Shown in pieces: positions 33,542 through 42,782 of a stretch of DNA of 60,834 nt. The DNA comes from Thermoplasmata archaeon (GTDB lineage Archaea > Thermoplasmatota > Thermoplasmata > Lutacidiplasmatales > UBA184), in contig JASHQN010000098.1 of assembly GCA_030039135.1 (NCBI GenBank), positions 1-60,834 on the forward strand, read 5' to 3'. Both the position numbers and the translations under genes were made by a program. The notes under the pieces are model-generated. The model had not been told where the DNA came from, did no database searches, and saw only the letters and a program-made list of their open reading frames with translations. Every line of letters begins with the position of its first letter. Within the stretch, counting starts at the first letter, position 1.

Positions 33542-34678
33542 ATGCTCGCCCTCGGGATCGAGCTCCTGCTCCTCGCCGCGGCCGCCGTCGTTCTCGTGTA
33601 CCAGGGGGTCGCGATCGTCTTCGCCTTCCAGCTCGACCGACTCGGTCCGCCCTCGTCGGCGAGCCCCGCCGCGGGGACCGTGAGCGTGGTGATCGCGGCG
33701 CGCAACGAGGAAGCGGACCTCGGCGCGACGCTGGACGCCCTCCTGGCGCAGGACTATCCGGGCCTCGAGATCGTCGTCGTGGACGGAGGGTCGACCGACG
33801 GGACCCGGCAGGTCATCGCCGCTCGCGGGCCCCGGGTGCGTAGGGTCGATGAGGGACCGCTTCCGCCCGGCTGGGTCGGGAAGAATTGGGGGTGCTGGAC
33901 CGGGGCCGGCGCGACCCACGGGGAATGGATCCTCTTCCTCGACGCCGACGTCCGTCTGGTGCCCGGCGCGGTGCGCACGATCCTCGGGTGGGCCGAAGCG
34001 GAGCGGGCCGACCTCACGTCGATCGGCCCCCGCGTGGAGATGGTCGGGTTCTGGGAGAGGGTCGTGCTCCCGATGTACGTCCAGCTCGTGCTCACCTACT
34101 TTCGCACGCCCCGGATGCGCCGACCGGGCTCGCACGCGGCAATGGCGAACGGCCAGTGCTGGCTCACTCGGCGCGCGACGTACCTCGCCACCGGAGGACA
34201 CGCGGCGGTGCGAAGCCGCGTGCTCGAGGACGTCGCGATCGCGCGCCGGTACCGGGACGCTGGGCTCCGACTGCGGTTCGCGTGGGCTCCCGAGCTCGGC
34301 GTGACCCGGATGTACGCCGATCGCCACGAGATGTTCGAAGGGATCCTGAAGAATGTACACGGGCTCGAGTTTTCCGCCGCCCGGCAGTGTGGGTTCCTCG
34401 CGGGGCTGGTCGGGTTCTTCCTCCTGCCCCTCGGGCTCCTTCCTCTCGGGATCGCGGTCGGTGATCCGCTGCTGACCGCGGTGGGGGTCCTCCTGTACGT
34501 GGCCCTGTTCGGGAAGCACTTGTTCTTCGCCCGGGGCGTCGGCGCGCCAGCGGCGTACGGCCTACTGTTCCCGCTGGCGGTGGGCTGGTACCTCGCGGTC
34601 GTAACGACCTCTCTCGTTCACGGTATCCGGCGCCAGCCGATCGCCTGGAAGGGCCGGGCCTATCCGCTCGACGGCTAG
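33542..34678 (+). CDS. Family 2 glycosyltransferase, membrane-anchored
   Basis: VSVVIAARNEE...IVVVDGGSTDGT, GKNWG and LFLDADV, with TM segments at the N- and C-termini. Confidence 0.88.
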   Translation: MLALGIELLLLAAAAVVLVYQGVAIVFAFQLDRLGPPSSASPAAGTVSVVIAARNEEADLGATLDALLAQDYPGLEIVVVDGGSTDGTRQVIAARGPRVRRVDEGPLPPGWVGKNWGCWTGAGATHGEWILFLDADVRLVPGAVRTILGWAEAERADLTSIGPRVEMVGFWERVVLPMYVQLVLTYFRTPRMRRPGSHAAMANGQCWLTRRATYLATGGHAAVRSRVLEDVAIARRYRDAGLRLRFAWAPELGVTRMYADRHEMFEGILKNVHGLEFSAARQCGFLAGLVGFFLLPLGLLPLGIAVGDPLLTAVGVLLYVALFGKHLFFARGVGAPAAYGLLFPLAVGWYLAVVTTSLVHGIRRQPIAWKGRAYPLDG

Positions 34679-34727
34679 GCCGCTCCCGAACCGCTAAGTG
34701 GTCGGCCGTTCTCGAAGCGCGGCGCGC

Positions 34728-36203
34728 ATGGCGAGCGAGGCGGAGACCGCCTACGAACTGTTCATCGGTGGACGGGAGGCGCCGTCGGCGAGCGGCGAAC
34801 GACGGACGCTCACCGATCCGGCCACGGGCGAACCGGTGGCAACCGTGTCGTTCGGTTCCCGGGACGATGCACGGGCGGCCCTCGAAGCGGCTGATCGGGC
34901 GTTCCGGGAGTCGAACTGGGCCTCGGACGATGGGGCGCGTCGCGCGCGAGCCCTTGCGAAACTCGCGGCCCTGCTCGAGGCGCGGGCCGAGGTCTTCGCT
35001 CGACTCGAAACGCGGAACGTGGGGAAACCCCTGCGCGAGGCGCGTGGCGACATCGCCTACGTCGTCCGCACCCTCGAGTACTTCAGCGGGCTCGCGGACA
35101 AGGTCGAGGGGGAGACGATCCCGGTCCCCGGGCCCCGGTTCGACTACACCGTCCGGGAGCCGCTCGGCGTCACGGTCCACATCGCACCGTGGAACTACCC
35201 GCTTCTCCTCGCCGTGCGGTCGGTGGCCCCGGCCCTCGCCGCGGGGAACTCCGTGGTGCTGAAGCCGGCGAGCCTGACGCCCTTGACCGCGGTCGCGTTC
35301 GCCCGTCTGGCCCGGGAGGCGGGCATCCCGGACGGGATTCTCAACGTTGTACCGGGGAGCGGACGCGACGTCGGGGAGGCGCTCGTCGACGACCCCCGGT
35401 GCCGGTCGGTGACCTTCACCGGGAGCGGCGAGGTCGGCCCGCGGATCGCCGAGCTCGCAGCGCGACGCCTCGTGCCGGTGACGCTCGAGCTGGGTGGCAA
35501 GGGCCCGGTCCTCGTCTTCCCCGACGCGGATCTCGAACGGGCGGCGAAAGCGATCGGCTATGGGATCTTCGGCAACGCCGGCCAGATGTGCTGGGCCGCG
35601 TCCCGGCTGCTGGTTCACGAGAGCATCCGCCCGGCACTCCTCGATCGGATCCGGCGAATCGCGGAGGGGCTCAAGGTCGGCCCCGGCCTCGAGGACGGGG
35701 TCGAGATGGGCCCGCTCGTGTCGCAGGAGCAGGCGGATCGGGTCCTCGACTACGTTGAGATCGCTCGCTCGGACGGCGGTACTGTGGTCACGGGCGGTGG
35801 CCGGCCGCCCGATGCCCGGCTCTCGGCCGGCCACTTTGTCCAACCGACGGTGCTCGCGGACGTACCCCCCGGGTCGCGGGCGGTCCGGGAGGAGATCTTC
35901 GGTCCGGTGCTCGCGGTCGCGTCGTTCGCTGAGCCCGACGAGGCGATCGCCGCGGCGAACGCGACGACGTACGGGCTCCTCGCCGCGCTGTGGACCCGTG
36001 ACCTCGCGACCGCGCACTCGGTCGCCCGCCGCCTCGAAGCGGGCATGGTCGTGGTCAACGAGGCGCCGACCACGTTCCCCCAGTCACCGTTCGCCGGCGT
36101 GAAGGGGAGCGGCCTCGGCTTCGAACAGGGCGCCCGCGCGCTCGAACCGTACGCTCGCCGTAAGAACGTGCTCGTCCACCTCGGGTCCCCGAAGCGTTCG
36201 TGA
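34728..36203 (+). CDS. NAD(P)-dependent aldehyde dehydrogenase
   Basis: HIAPWNYPLL, VLKPASLTPLTA, FTGSGEVG, LELGGKGP, the catalytic Cys region GQMCWAASR and EEIFGPV. I prefer ATG 34728 over the track start at 34698. Confidence 0.92.
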   Translation: MASEAETAYELFIGGREAPSASGERRTLTDPATGEPVATVSFGSRDDARAALEAADRAFRESNWASDDGARRARALAKLAALLEARAEVFARLETRNVGKPLREARGDIAYVVRTLEYFSGLADKVEGETIPVPGPRFDYTVREPLGVTVHIAPWNYPLLLAVRSVAPALAAGNSVVLKPASLTPLTAVAFARLAREAGIPDGILNVVPGSGRDVGEALVDDPRCRSVTFTGSGEVGPRIAELAARRLVPVTLELGGKGPVLVFPDADLERAAKAIGYGIFGNAGQMCWAASRLLVHESIRPALLDRIRRIAEGLKVGPGLEDGVEMGPLVSQEQADRVLDYVEIARSDGGTVVTGGGRPPDARLSAGHFVQPTVLADVPPGSRAVREEIFGPVLAVASFAEPDEAIAAANATTYGLLAALWTRDLATAHSVARRLEAGMVVVNEAPTTFPQSPFAGVKGSGLGFEQGARALEPYARRKNVLVHLGSPKRS

Positions 36204-36278
36204 ACGGGGGCCGGCCCGGGTGGGGGACCGGGTTCGTACGAAAGCCGAAAAGAACCCTCCCTTGTCGGGCGGCCGAAC

Positions 36279-36905
36279 GTGACGGAGACGGCGCCGTCCG
36301 CGGCCACGTGGGGAGCGTGCTCCTTCTGCGGAGTGGCCGTGCCCGCGGGAGCCCGAAGTTGCCCGATCTGCGGGACCGCGAACCCGATCCCCGCCGGCGG
36401 CATCGCGACGGCCTCCCGCACGGTCCGCCGACGGCTCCGGCTCACCGGCTTCCTACGGACCGTGATCGTCGTCACCGTGATCGCCGGCCTCGCCTACGCC
36501 CTGATCTCGACCGCGTTCTCGGGTCCACCGAACGTTCCGGATCCCTTGACGACGGCCGGCGCCTACTCGATCGGCCCCGCGAACTACACGGTGATCTCGG
36601 GAGCGATCACTGGAGGCGACTACGTGGTCGGAAACTGGACCTCCGTGAGCCCCCCCGGCGTCGACATCGGCGTGGTGGTCTACAACTCGAGCAACTGGGG
36701 CTGGTTCACGAACGGCTCGGGCACTCCGGGCAGGCAGTGGAACAACACGCCGAGCTACACCGGCGAGATCGTCTTCTCTGCGCTCTACACCGACAACTTC
36801 TACTTCGTGTTCACGAACACGATGGCGCCCTCGACCCACCTCGCCGTCACGGTCTACATCCACACGGAGTACTACTCGAACTCCGCGGACGACGGGTTCG
36901 ACTAG
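36279..36905 (+). CDS. Membrane-anchored protein: N-terminal zinc ribbon, one TM helix, N/Y/T/S-rich extracytoplasmic domain
   Basis: CSFCGVAVPAGARSCPICG, then the TM segment FLRTVIVVTVIAGLAYALISTAF, then a beta-rich domain (VVYNSSNWGWFTNGSG...YFVFTNT). GTG start. Confidence 0.6.
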   Translation: MTETAPSAATWGACSFCGVAVPAGARSCPICGTANPIPAGGIATASRTVRRRLRLTGFLRTVIVVTVIAGLAYALISTAFSGPPNVPDPLTTAGAYSIGPANYTVISGAITGGDYVVGNWTSVSPPGVDIGVVVYNSSNWGWFTNGSGTPGRQWNNTPSYTGEIVFSALYTDNFYFVFTNTMAPSTHLAVTVYIHTEYYSNSADDGFD

Positions 36906-37591
36906 TCAGGCTCGGGGGAAGGAGCGGCGTCGGCGTCCGAACCGGCCGCCGGCGGAACGTACTCGGTCCGGCGAAGGTACGCCGGCGGAACCTGGTCGAC
37001 CAGGAAGACCGTCTTGCCCGCCTGCATGATCACGATTCCGTCCGATCGGGCCTTCGAGGCGTCGATCTCGAGGATCACCGGCTGGGGAGTCCGGACGGCG
37101 CCGGCGGAGTGGGCGTCGTGCGCCGTTCTCGAGAGGTGCACCTTCCGTCGGTCGGACGGCTTGAGCCCGACCTCGAGGACGATCGCCGCCTCCTCCGGCG
37201 TCACCGGGTAGTACAGGTGTTCCGGGATGTTCTCGGTCGGTAGGTCGAGGTCGACCTCGACCGTGTGGGCGTAGGTGGCCCGGATGCGGTCGTCGCGGAC
37301 CTCGTAGCGACCCTTCGGGTCGGTCTCGGCGATCGCGACGAGATGGACCACGCGCAACCAGTGGTACGCCGGGTGCTTCTGGGAGATCGCCCGGACGATC
37401 TGGGCGAGGGGGATCCAGCCGCGAGGGTCGATCGTGAGCCCGTAGCGGTCGGGGAAGTGTCGGAGGATCCCGGTCAGGATGCGGCCGAGGTGATCGAGCT
37501 CCCGATCGTTCATCAGGAACTTGCCCGGCTGCTGGCAGACCGGGCACGCCTCAGCCCGGAAGAACCCGTGCTGGGCGCACTCCTTCAGCAT
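36902..37591 (-). CDS. kptA: RNA 2'-phosphotransferase (Tpt1/KptA) with N-terminal Cys/His knuckle
   Basis: LGRILTGILRHFPDRYGL, DPKGRYEV...IRATYAHTV, LYYPVTPE and VHLS. The N-terminus is MLKECAQHGFFRAEACPVCQQ. ATG 37591 lies 17 nt after the rpoL stop. Confidence 0.88.
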   Translation of the reverse strand: MLKECAQHGFFRAEACPVCQQPGKFLMNDRELDHLGRILTGILRHFPDRYGLTIDPRGWIPLAQIVRAISQKHPAYHWLRVVHLVAIAETDPKGRYEVRDDRIRATYAHTVEVDLDLPTENIPEHLYYPVTPEEAAIVLEVGLKPSDRRKVHLSRTAHDAHSAGAVRTPQPVILEIDASKARSDGIVIMQAGKTVFLVDQVPPAYLRRTEYVPPAAGSDADAAPSPEPD

Positions 37592-37607
37592 CGAGATGGC
37601 GTCCTCG

Positions 37608-37895
37608 CTACGCCTTGATCTTATCGGCCTTCTTGTCGAAGTCGGTGAGCAGGTCACCGTAGAGGTCGGCGAGGTCCTTGAGCACCCGCTTCAGGACCTG
37701 CTGGGGCTTCTCGCCCTTGGTCCGAACGAGCAGCGTCGGCCGCTCGAGGTACGGATGCCCGAGGTAGTAACGGGCTTCGACGACCTTCTCCTCCCTCTGG
37801 AGCGCCTCGACCAGCGGGATCAAGAGAGTCTCCTCGCCGCGCGGCAGCTCGACCCGCAGTAGGTCACTCGACTTCTCGACGACTCGGATCTCCAT
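37608..37895 (-). CDS. rpoL: DNA-directed RNA polymerase subunit L (Rpo11)
   Basis: 95 aa starting MEIRVVEKSSDLLRVELPRGEETLLIPLVEALQREEKVVEARYYLGHPYLERPTLLVRTKG. The remainder of the 604-aa track ORF is antisense to purD. Confidence 0.85.
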   Translation of the reverse strand: MEIRVVEKSSDLLRVELPRGEETLLIPLVEALQREEKVVEARYYLGHPYLERPTLLVRTKGEKPQQVLKRVLKDLADLYGDLLTDFDKKADKIKA

Positions 37896-37992
37896 CGAAG
37901 GGACCGGGAGTCGGGCCACCGATGGTCGGTTCATAACTATAGCGGGCGGCGCGCCCGCATCGGCGGCGGCGCGCGGGGTCGGGTCCGACGCG

Positions 37993-38000
37993 GATATAAC
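37993..38000 (+). promoter_or_regulatory. TATA-like box GATATAAC upstream of purD
   Basis: Centred about 31 nt upstream of ATG 38028. Confidence 0.5.
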
Positions 38001-38027
38001 TCTCGCCGCCTCCTCGGCCCGAGCCGA

Positions 38028-39434
38028 ATGAAGTTCCTCGTCGTCGGGGGCGGCGCTCGCGAGCACGCGATCGCGCTGGCCCTCGAGCGCGCGGAGGCAA
38101 AGCTCGTCGTCGCGAGCAGCAACGCGAACCCGGGGCTCGAGCGGATCGCGAGCGCGAGCCGTCGGATCGACCCTACCGACGTCGCCCGCGTCGTCGCGTT
38201 CGCGCGGTCCGAGCGGGTCGGCGCGGCGGTGATCGGACCAGAGGCCCCGCTCGCCGCGGGACTCGCGGACGCGCTGCGCGCCGCGGACGTTCCCACCGTG
38301 GGGCCGTCGAAGGAAGGGGCCCAGATCGAGACCTCGAAGTTGTTCTGCCGCGAGCTGCTGCGCCGCCACGCGATCGACGCGACCCCGCAGTGGGCCGCAC
38401 CCGCGACGGTCGAAGCCGTCGATCGAGCCGTCGCCGAATTCCCCGGCCCGTTCGTCGTGAAGCCGAGCGGGCTCACGGGCGGCAAGGGGGTCTGGGTGCA
38501 GGGCGCTGATTTCACGGAGGCTCGGGAAGGGGGCGCGTATGCGAAATCGCTGCTCCTCCAGGGCGGCCGCGTGCTCCTGGAAGAACGCCTTGACGGCGAG
38601 GAGTTCAGCCAGATGGCGTTCGTGACCGACAGCGGCGTCTACCCGATGCCCGCGGTGCAGGATTTCAAGCGAGCGCTCGAGGGCGACCAGGGATCCAACA
38701 CCGGAGGCATGGGATCGTACTCGCAACGCGACCACCTCCTTCCGTTCTTGCCCGCCGCCGACCGCGAGCGGGCGCTCGAGGTACTGCGACGGACGGTCGA
38801 TGCCCTGCGCGCCGACGGCATCGCCTACCGGGGGATCCTCTACGGCGGGTTCATGCTGACCCGGCGCGGTCCGGTGCTGCTCGAGTTCAACGCGCGGTTC
38901 GGCGACCCCGAGGGGATCAACGCCCTCGCCCTCTACGAGGAAGGGGACTTCGCCGAGCTGTTGGTCGGGGTCGCGACCGGCCGCGTCGATCCGAACCTCG
39001 TCCGGTTCCGACTGCGCTCGACCGTGGTCAAGTACCTCGTTCCGCCCGGTTACGGCGAGCGGCCGAAGCCCGGCGGGCTCCTCGAGATCGACGGCCCCGC
39101 GATCGAGGCCGACGGCGTCCACGTCGTCTACGGGTCGGTCGATGCGGCGGGACCGGGCACCGTGCGGCTCACCTCCTCGCGCGGCGTCGCGCTGGTCGGG
39201 GAGGCCAGCGCGATCCACGAGGCCGCGACGCGGGTGGAGACCGCGCTGCGGAATGTGCGGGGCGAGTACTACCTTCGGCACGACATCGGGACCAAGGAGG
39301 ATCTCGCCCGGCGCGTCGAACACATGCGCCAGATCCTCTCCCCCGGCGCAAAGCCGTCCCCCCTCCCGCTCAGCGTCGCCGCGCCGGACGCGCCCCCCTC
39401 GAGCTCGGCCGGCCCCGACCAACGGAGCGGCTGA
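38028..39434 (+). CDS. purD: Phosphoribosylamine--glycine ligase
   Basis: MKFLVVGGGAREHAIA, an ATP-grasp core (FVVKPSGLTGGKGV, EERLDGEEFS) and LEFNARFGDPE. Confidence 0.95.
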   Translation: MKFLVVGGGAREHAIALALERAEAKLVVASSNANPGLERIASASRRIDPTDVARVVAFARSERVGAAVIGPEAPLAAGLADALRAADVPTVGPSKEGAQIETSKLFCRELLRRHAIDATPQWAAPATVEAVDRAVAEFPGPFVVKPSGLTGGKGVWVQGADFTEAREGGAYAKSLLLQGGRVLLEERLDGEEFSQMAFVTDSGVYPMPAVQDFKRALEGDQGSNTGGMGSYSQRDHLLPFLPAADRERALEVLRRTVDALRADGIAYRGILYGGFMLTRRGPVLLEFNARFGDPEGINALALYEEGDFAELLVGVATGRVDPNLVRFRLRSTVVKYLVPPGYGERPKPGGLLEIDGPAIEADGVHVVYGSVDAAGPGTVRLTSSRGVALVGEASAIHEAATRVETALRNVRGEYYLRHDIGTKEDLARRVEHMRQILSPGAKPSPLPLSVAAPDAPPSSSAGPDQRSG

Positions 39435-39454
39435 CGGGCTCGCCGCCGGTCCCG

Positions 39455-39463
39455 CTTAAATAC
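39455..39463 (+). promoter_or_regulatory. TATA-like box CTTAAATAC upstream of tfs
   Basis: Centred about 32 nt upstream of ATG 39491. Confidence 0.5.
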
Positions 39464-39490
39464 CCCTCGCCGGCTGTTCACGACCCAACG

Positions 39491-39799
39491 ATGTTCTGCC
39501 CGAACTGCAAGCGGCTCATGCGACCCGACCGGGCCGGCGGGGTCTGGAAGTGCTCGGCGTGTGGGACGAAGGTCCCGCTCGGCCGCGGGGTCGAGGTCGG
39601 CCGCTCGACGCCCGAGGGACGCGAGGTCGCGGTCGTCGAGACGCGGTCCGTGACGCTGCCGACCGCCGAAGAGCTGTGCCCGAAGTGCGGCAACACCCGC
39701 GCGTACTGGGTGCTGCGGCAGACCCGGGGATCCGACGAGCCTGAGACCCGGATCTTCGAATGCACGAAATGCGGGCACAAGTGGCGCGAATACCAATGA
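39491..39799 (+). CDS. tfs: Transcription factor S (TFS / RpoM-like)
   Basis: N-terminal zinc ribbon FCPNC...CSAC. The C-terminal TFIIS-type ribbon CPKCGNTRAYWVLRQTRGSDEPETRIFECTKCGHKW carries the acidic DE loop. Confidence 0.92.
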   Translation: MFCPNCKRLMRPDRAGGVWKCSACGTKVPLGRGVEVGRSTPEGREVAVVETRSVTLPTAEELCPKCGNTRAYWVLRQTRGSDEPETRIFECTKCGHKWREYQ

Positions 39800-41100
39800 T
39801 CGCGGGGCCGTTCGGTGCCGTGGCCGACGTCTTCCGACCGGAGGCGATCGGACGGGCCGTGCGGATCCGGGGATGGGTGCTTCGCCTTCGCTCGTCGGGA
39901 GGGATCCTGTTCCTCGTCCTTCGCGACCGCACGGGTACGGCACAGGTGACCGGCCGCCGGGACGTCCTGGGTCCCGAACGGTTCGATGCCGTCGAGCACG
40001 TCCAGGTCGAGGGCGCGATCCAAGTCGAAGGCACAGTCGCCGACGATCCCCGAGCCCCTGGCGGTCGCGAGGTGCGCGCCAGGACGATCGAGATCGTCGA
40101 CGCGGGCGCGCCGTTCCCGATCTTCCAGGAGCAGACGGAGGAGTTCCGCCTCGACAAGCGTCACCTCGTCATCCGCTCGGCGGACCACGTCGCCACGTTT
40201 CGGGTCAAGGCGGAGCTACTGCGAGCGATCCGCGAGTTCCTTGCCACCGAGGAGGTCCTCGAGACGACGCCTCCGATCCTTACCGCGAACCCGGCGGAGG
40301 GCGGCGCCGAGGCGTTCGCGATCGACTATTTCGGACGCCCGGGCTACCTTTCGCAATCCGCTCAGCTGTACCTCGAGGCGATGATCGCGCCGCACGAGCG
40401 GGTCTACGCCCTCACCCCCTCGTTCCGGGCCGAGAAGTCCCGGACTCCGCGCCACCTTACCGAGTACCAGCACCTCGAGGTCGAGCTCGCGTGGTCGGAC
40501 CTCGATGGGTTGATGGATTTCGTCGAGCGAATGATCCTCGCGGCCTGCCACGCCGTCGCCGAACGACGGCCGGCCGAGCTGACCGCCCTCGGCCGGCCAC
40601 CGCAGGAACTTCTCGGTCTGCACGGGCCGTTCCCCCGGGTCCCGTACCTCGAAGCGATCGGTCGGCTCCAGCGCGCGGGGCTCCCCGTCACGTGGGGGAG
40701 CGATATCGCGACCGCCGAGGAACGCGCGCTCACGCTCGAGGAGCGCGAGCCGATCTTCATCACGCGCTTTCCGCGCGAGCTCAAGGCGTTCTACATGCTC
40801 CGGACCCCGGGCGATCCGCGCACGGTGGAAGCGGCGGACCTTCTCGCGCCGGAGGGCTACGGCGAGATCGTCGGCGCATCGTGCCGTGAGACCGACGTCG
40901 ACGCGCTCATCGAGCGACTTCGTGCGAGCGGCGCGAATCTCGCCGATTACGAATGGTACCTCGATCTGCGACGTCACGGGAACGTGCCGCACGCCGGATT
41001 CGGCCTCGGCGTCGAGCGGCTGCTGCGATGGATGCTTCGCCGCGAGCACATTCGCGACACGACCCCGTTTCCGCGCACCCCGTCGCGTCACACGCCCTGA
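39796..41100 (+). CDS. asnS: Asparagine--tRNA ligase
   Basis: Class IIb motifs: FRAEKSRTPRHLTEYQHLEVE, LKAFYM, DLLAPEGYGEIVGASCRE and YLDLRRHGNVPHAGFGLGVERL (AsnRS-like rather than AspRS). ATG 39796 overlaps the tfs stop (ATGA). Confidence 0.92.
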   Translation: MIAGPFGAVADVFRPEAIGRAVRIRGWVLRLRSSGGILFLVLRDRTGTAQVTGRRDVLGPERFDAVEHVQVEGAIQVEGTVADDPRAPGGREVRARTIEIVDAGAPFPIFQEQTEEFRLDKRHLVIRSADHVATFRVKAELLRAIREFLATEEVLETTPPILTANPAEGGAEAFAIDYFGRPGYLSQSAQLYLEAMIAPHERVYALTPSFRAEKSRTPRHLTEYQHLEVELAWSDLDGLMDFVERMILAACHAVAERRPAELTALGRPPQELLGLHGPFPRVPYLEAIGRLQRAGLPVTWGSDIATAEERALTLEEREPIFITRFPRELKAFYMLRTPGDPRTVEAADLLAPEGYGEIVGASCRETDVDALIERLRASGANLADYEWYLDLRRHGNVPHAGFGLGVERLLRWMLRREHIRDTTPFPRTPSRHTP

Positions 41101-41152
41101 TCGTCGCGCCCGGCGCTCGCCGCGGGAGCAAGGTTCAAGTGCGCGGGCGACC

Positions 41153-41728
41153 GTGAGCGCGCCACGGCCCGTCACCGGAGTTCGTAGCTTGGGCGCGCAG
41201 CACGGTCCGGACCGGGAAGGGGAGCGGGCGCCCGCGCCCGGCGCGAAGCCGCCGGAAGCCGCGCCGCTCGTCGAACGCGTCACCCACCACGATGTGCCCG
41301 AGATCTGCGCGCTCTACAAGCGGGTCTGGGATACGCCGCCCGCACCGGGGACCCCGGCCGAGCTACTGAAGTCCTGGCAGCCGACCCCGCTCGAGTTCAC
41401 GAGCTGGATGGAGGGCGTGACGTACTTCGCGGCCCGACGCGGAGGCCGTCTGGTCGGCGTGATCGGCTGCGAGGTCGACCACGGCAGCTGTCGCCTCGTG
41501 AACCTTGCCGTCGACGCCGAGGCCCGTCGCCAGGGGATCGCGACCGCGCTCGTCGCGGCCGGCGTCGAGTGGGGCCGGCATGCGAACGCCGCCGAGGTCT
41601 GGGCCGAGGCCCTCGCGCGGTTCACGGCCGTCGCCGAACTGTTCAAGCACCTCGAGTTCACCGAGTGCGGTTTCCTTCGCCGCCACGACTGGGGCGAGGA
41701 CGTCCGGCTCTTCGAGCGGTTGCTCTAG
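41153..41728 (+). CDS. GNAT-family N-acetyltransferase
   Basis: Acetyl-CoA motif A LVNLAVDAEARRQGIATALV, with the usual beta-strand/helix layout around it. The start is uncertain (GTG 41153 or TTG 41189). Confidence 0.75.
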   Translation: MSAPRPVTGVRSLGAQHGPDREGERAPAPGAKPPEAAPLVERVTHHDVPEICALYKRVWDTPPAPGTPAELLKSWQPTPLEFTSWMEGVTYFAARRGGRLVGVIGCEVDHGSCRLVNLAVDAEARRQGIATALVAAGVEWGRHANAAEVWAEALARFTAVAELFKHLEFTECGFLRRHDWGEDVRLFERLL

Positions 41729-42765
41729 CGGCGGGCCGCGGGGGAACGTGCCGACCGGCCGGGCGGCATCCCGTGCGACTGCTGCAGCGCCCGCAGGCGG
41801 CGGAGCCCCTCTTCGGGATGGCCGCGGAAGAACTCGCGAGCCCCTCGGGCGAGCTCGGTCGCCTCGAGCTCCGTCGCGACGCCGTGCGTCCGTTCCTCGA
41901 GCAGAAAGTCCCCGTAGTCCGAGATGTAGCGCGGAAGGCTGGCCTTGAGCCGGTTCACCGCCTGCAGGCGCAGTCCCCGGATTTGCTGCTTCAGGGGGGC
42001 GAGTTTCCCGGCGCGTAGCTCGCTCTCGAGGTCGTTCGCCGCCACGATCGGGTCCTGGGGTGGGTCGATCCCGAGCGCCTGCATGTCCTTCAGCAGGGCG
42101 ACGATCCGTTCGAGCTCCTCGCGGGCCTGATCGAGATGGCGCTCCTTGAGCGCGACCACGCGGTCGACCTGCTGGAAAGTGGCGAGCGCCTGCGCGATGT
42201 CGCCGGTCCGTGCCGCATGGAGGGTATCCTCGATCTGGTCGCGCTCGAGACGGCTGTCGACGGCGTACGCCTCCAGCCGCGTGAGGCGGGCTTTCGTGCG
42301 ACGTTCCCACTCCTCGAACGCCTCCACGATGCGTCGCTGAGCGATCCGCTCGATCCCGCGGACGGCCTCCGCCCACGGCTCCGGGTTGCCGCTCGTCCGG
42401 GCCGCCTCCTCCGCCCACGCGGGTAAGCGAGGGATCGTGACGCCGAGCGACTCGGCGCTCTCGCTCCATTGCGCCACCCGGGCGAGCCGTCGGGTCAGCT
42501 CAGCGGCGAACGGGCTCGGGGCCGGGGGCGATCCCCGCCGGAGCCTCGCACGGGTCGTCGGACCGGGGGGCCCGGTCCGCAACGGGGCGGCGGGCGCCCC
42601 GGTCGGATTGACCGGTGCGTTCCCTTCGCGGGGACGCGGCGGCGACGTCGCCGGGCCGGTCGACGTCGAGGCGGCCTCGACCGGCGTATGGCAGACCGGG
42701 CAGACCAGCATCTCGGCCTCGAGCGGTTCGCCGCAGTGCACGCAGACAGGCGCGGGGTCGGGCAT
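41725..42765 (-). CDS. Zinc-ribbon protein with Pro-rich linker and long coiled-coil/helical C-terminal domain
   Basis: MPDPAPVCVHCGEPLEAEMLVCPVCHTPV, then a low-complexity P/A/G linker, then about 230 aa of helical heptad-like sequence. The start is ATG 42765, because the track extension overlaps tRNA-Leu. Confidence 0.6.
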   Translation of the reverse strand: MPDPAPVCVHCGEPLEAEMLVCPVCHTPVEAASTSTGPATSPPRPREGNAPVNPTGAPAAPLRTGPPGPTTRARLRRGSPPAPSPFAAELTRRLARVAQWSESAESLGVTIPRLPAWAEEAARTSGNPEPWAEAVRGIERIAQRRIVEAFEEWERRTKARLTRLEAYAVDSRLERDQIEDTLHAARTGDIAQALATFQQVDRVVALKERHLDQAREELERIVALLKDMQALGIDPPQDPIVAANDLESELRAGKLAPLKQQIRGLRLQAVNRLKASLPRYISDYGDFLLEERTHGVATELEATELARGAREFFRGHPEEGLRRLRALQQSHGMPPGRSARSPAARR

Positions 42766-42782
42766 CGTCCTCTCGCTAGGTA

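Noticed and set aside
31957-36017. ORFs 31957..33843 (+), 33518..34519 (-) and 34164..36017 (-)
   Set aside because: They are antisense to the Hef-like helicase, GT2 and ALDH genes and look like high-GC shadow ORFs.
37896-39422. Upstream about 500 aa of the 604-aa minus-strand ORF ending in RpoL
   Set aside because: It is antisense to purD. RpoL is a protein of about 95 aa, and an ATG at 37895 gives the canonical N-terminus MEIRVVEK.
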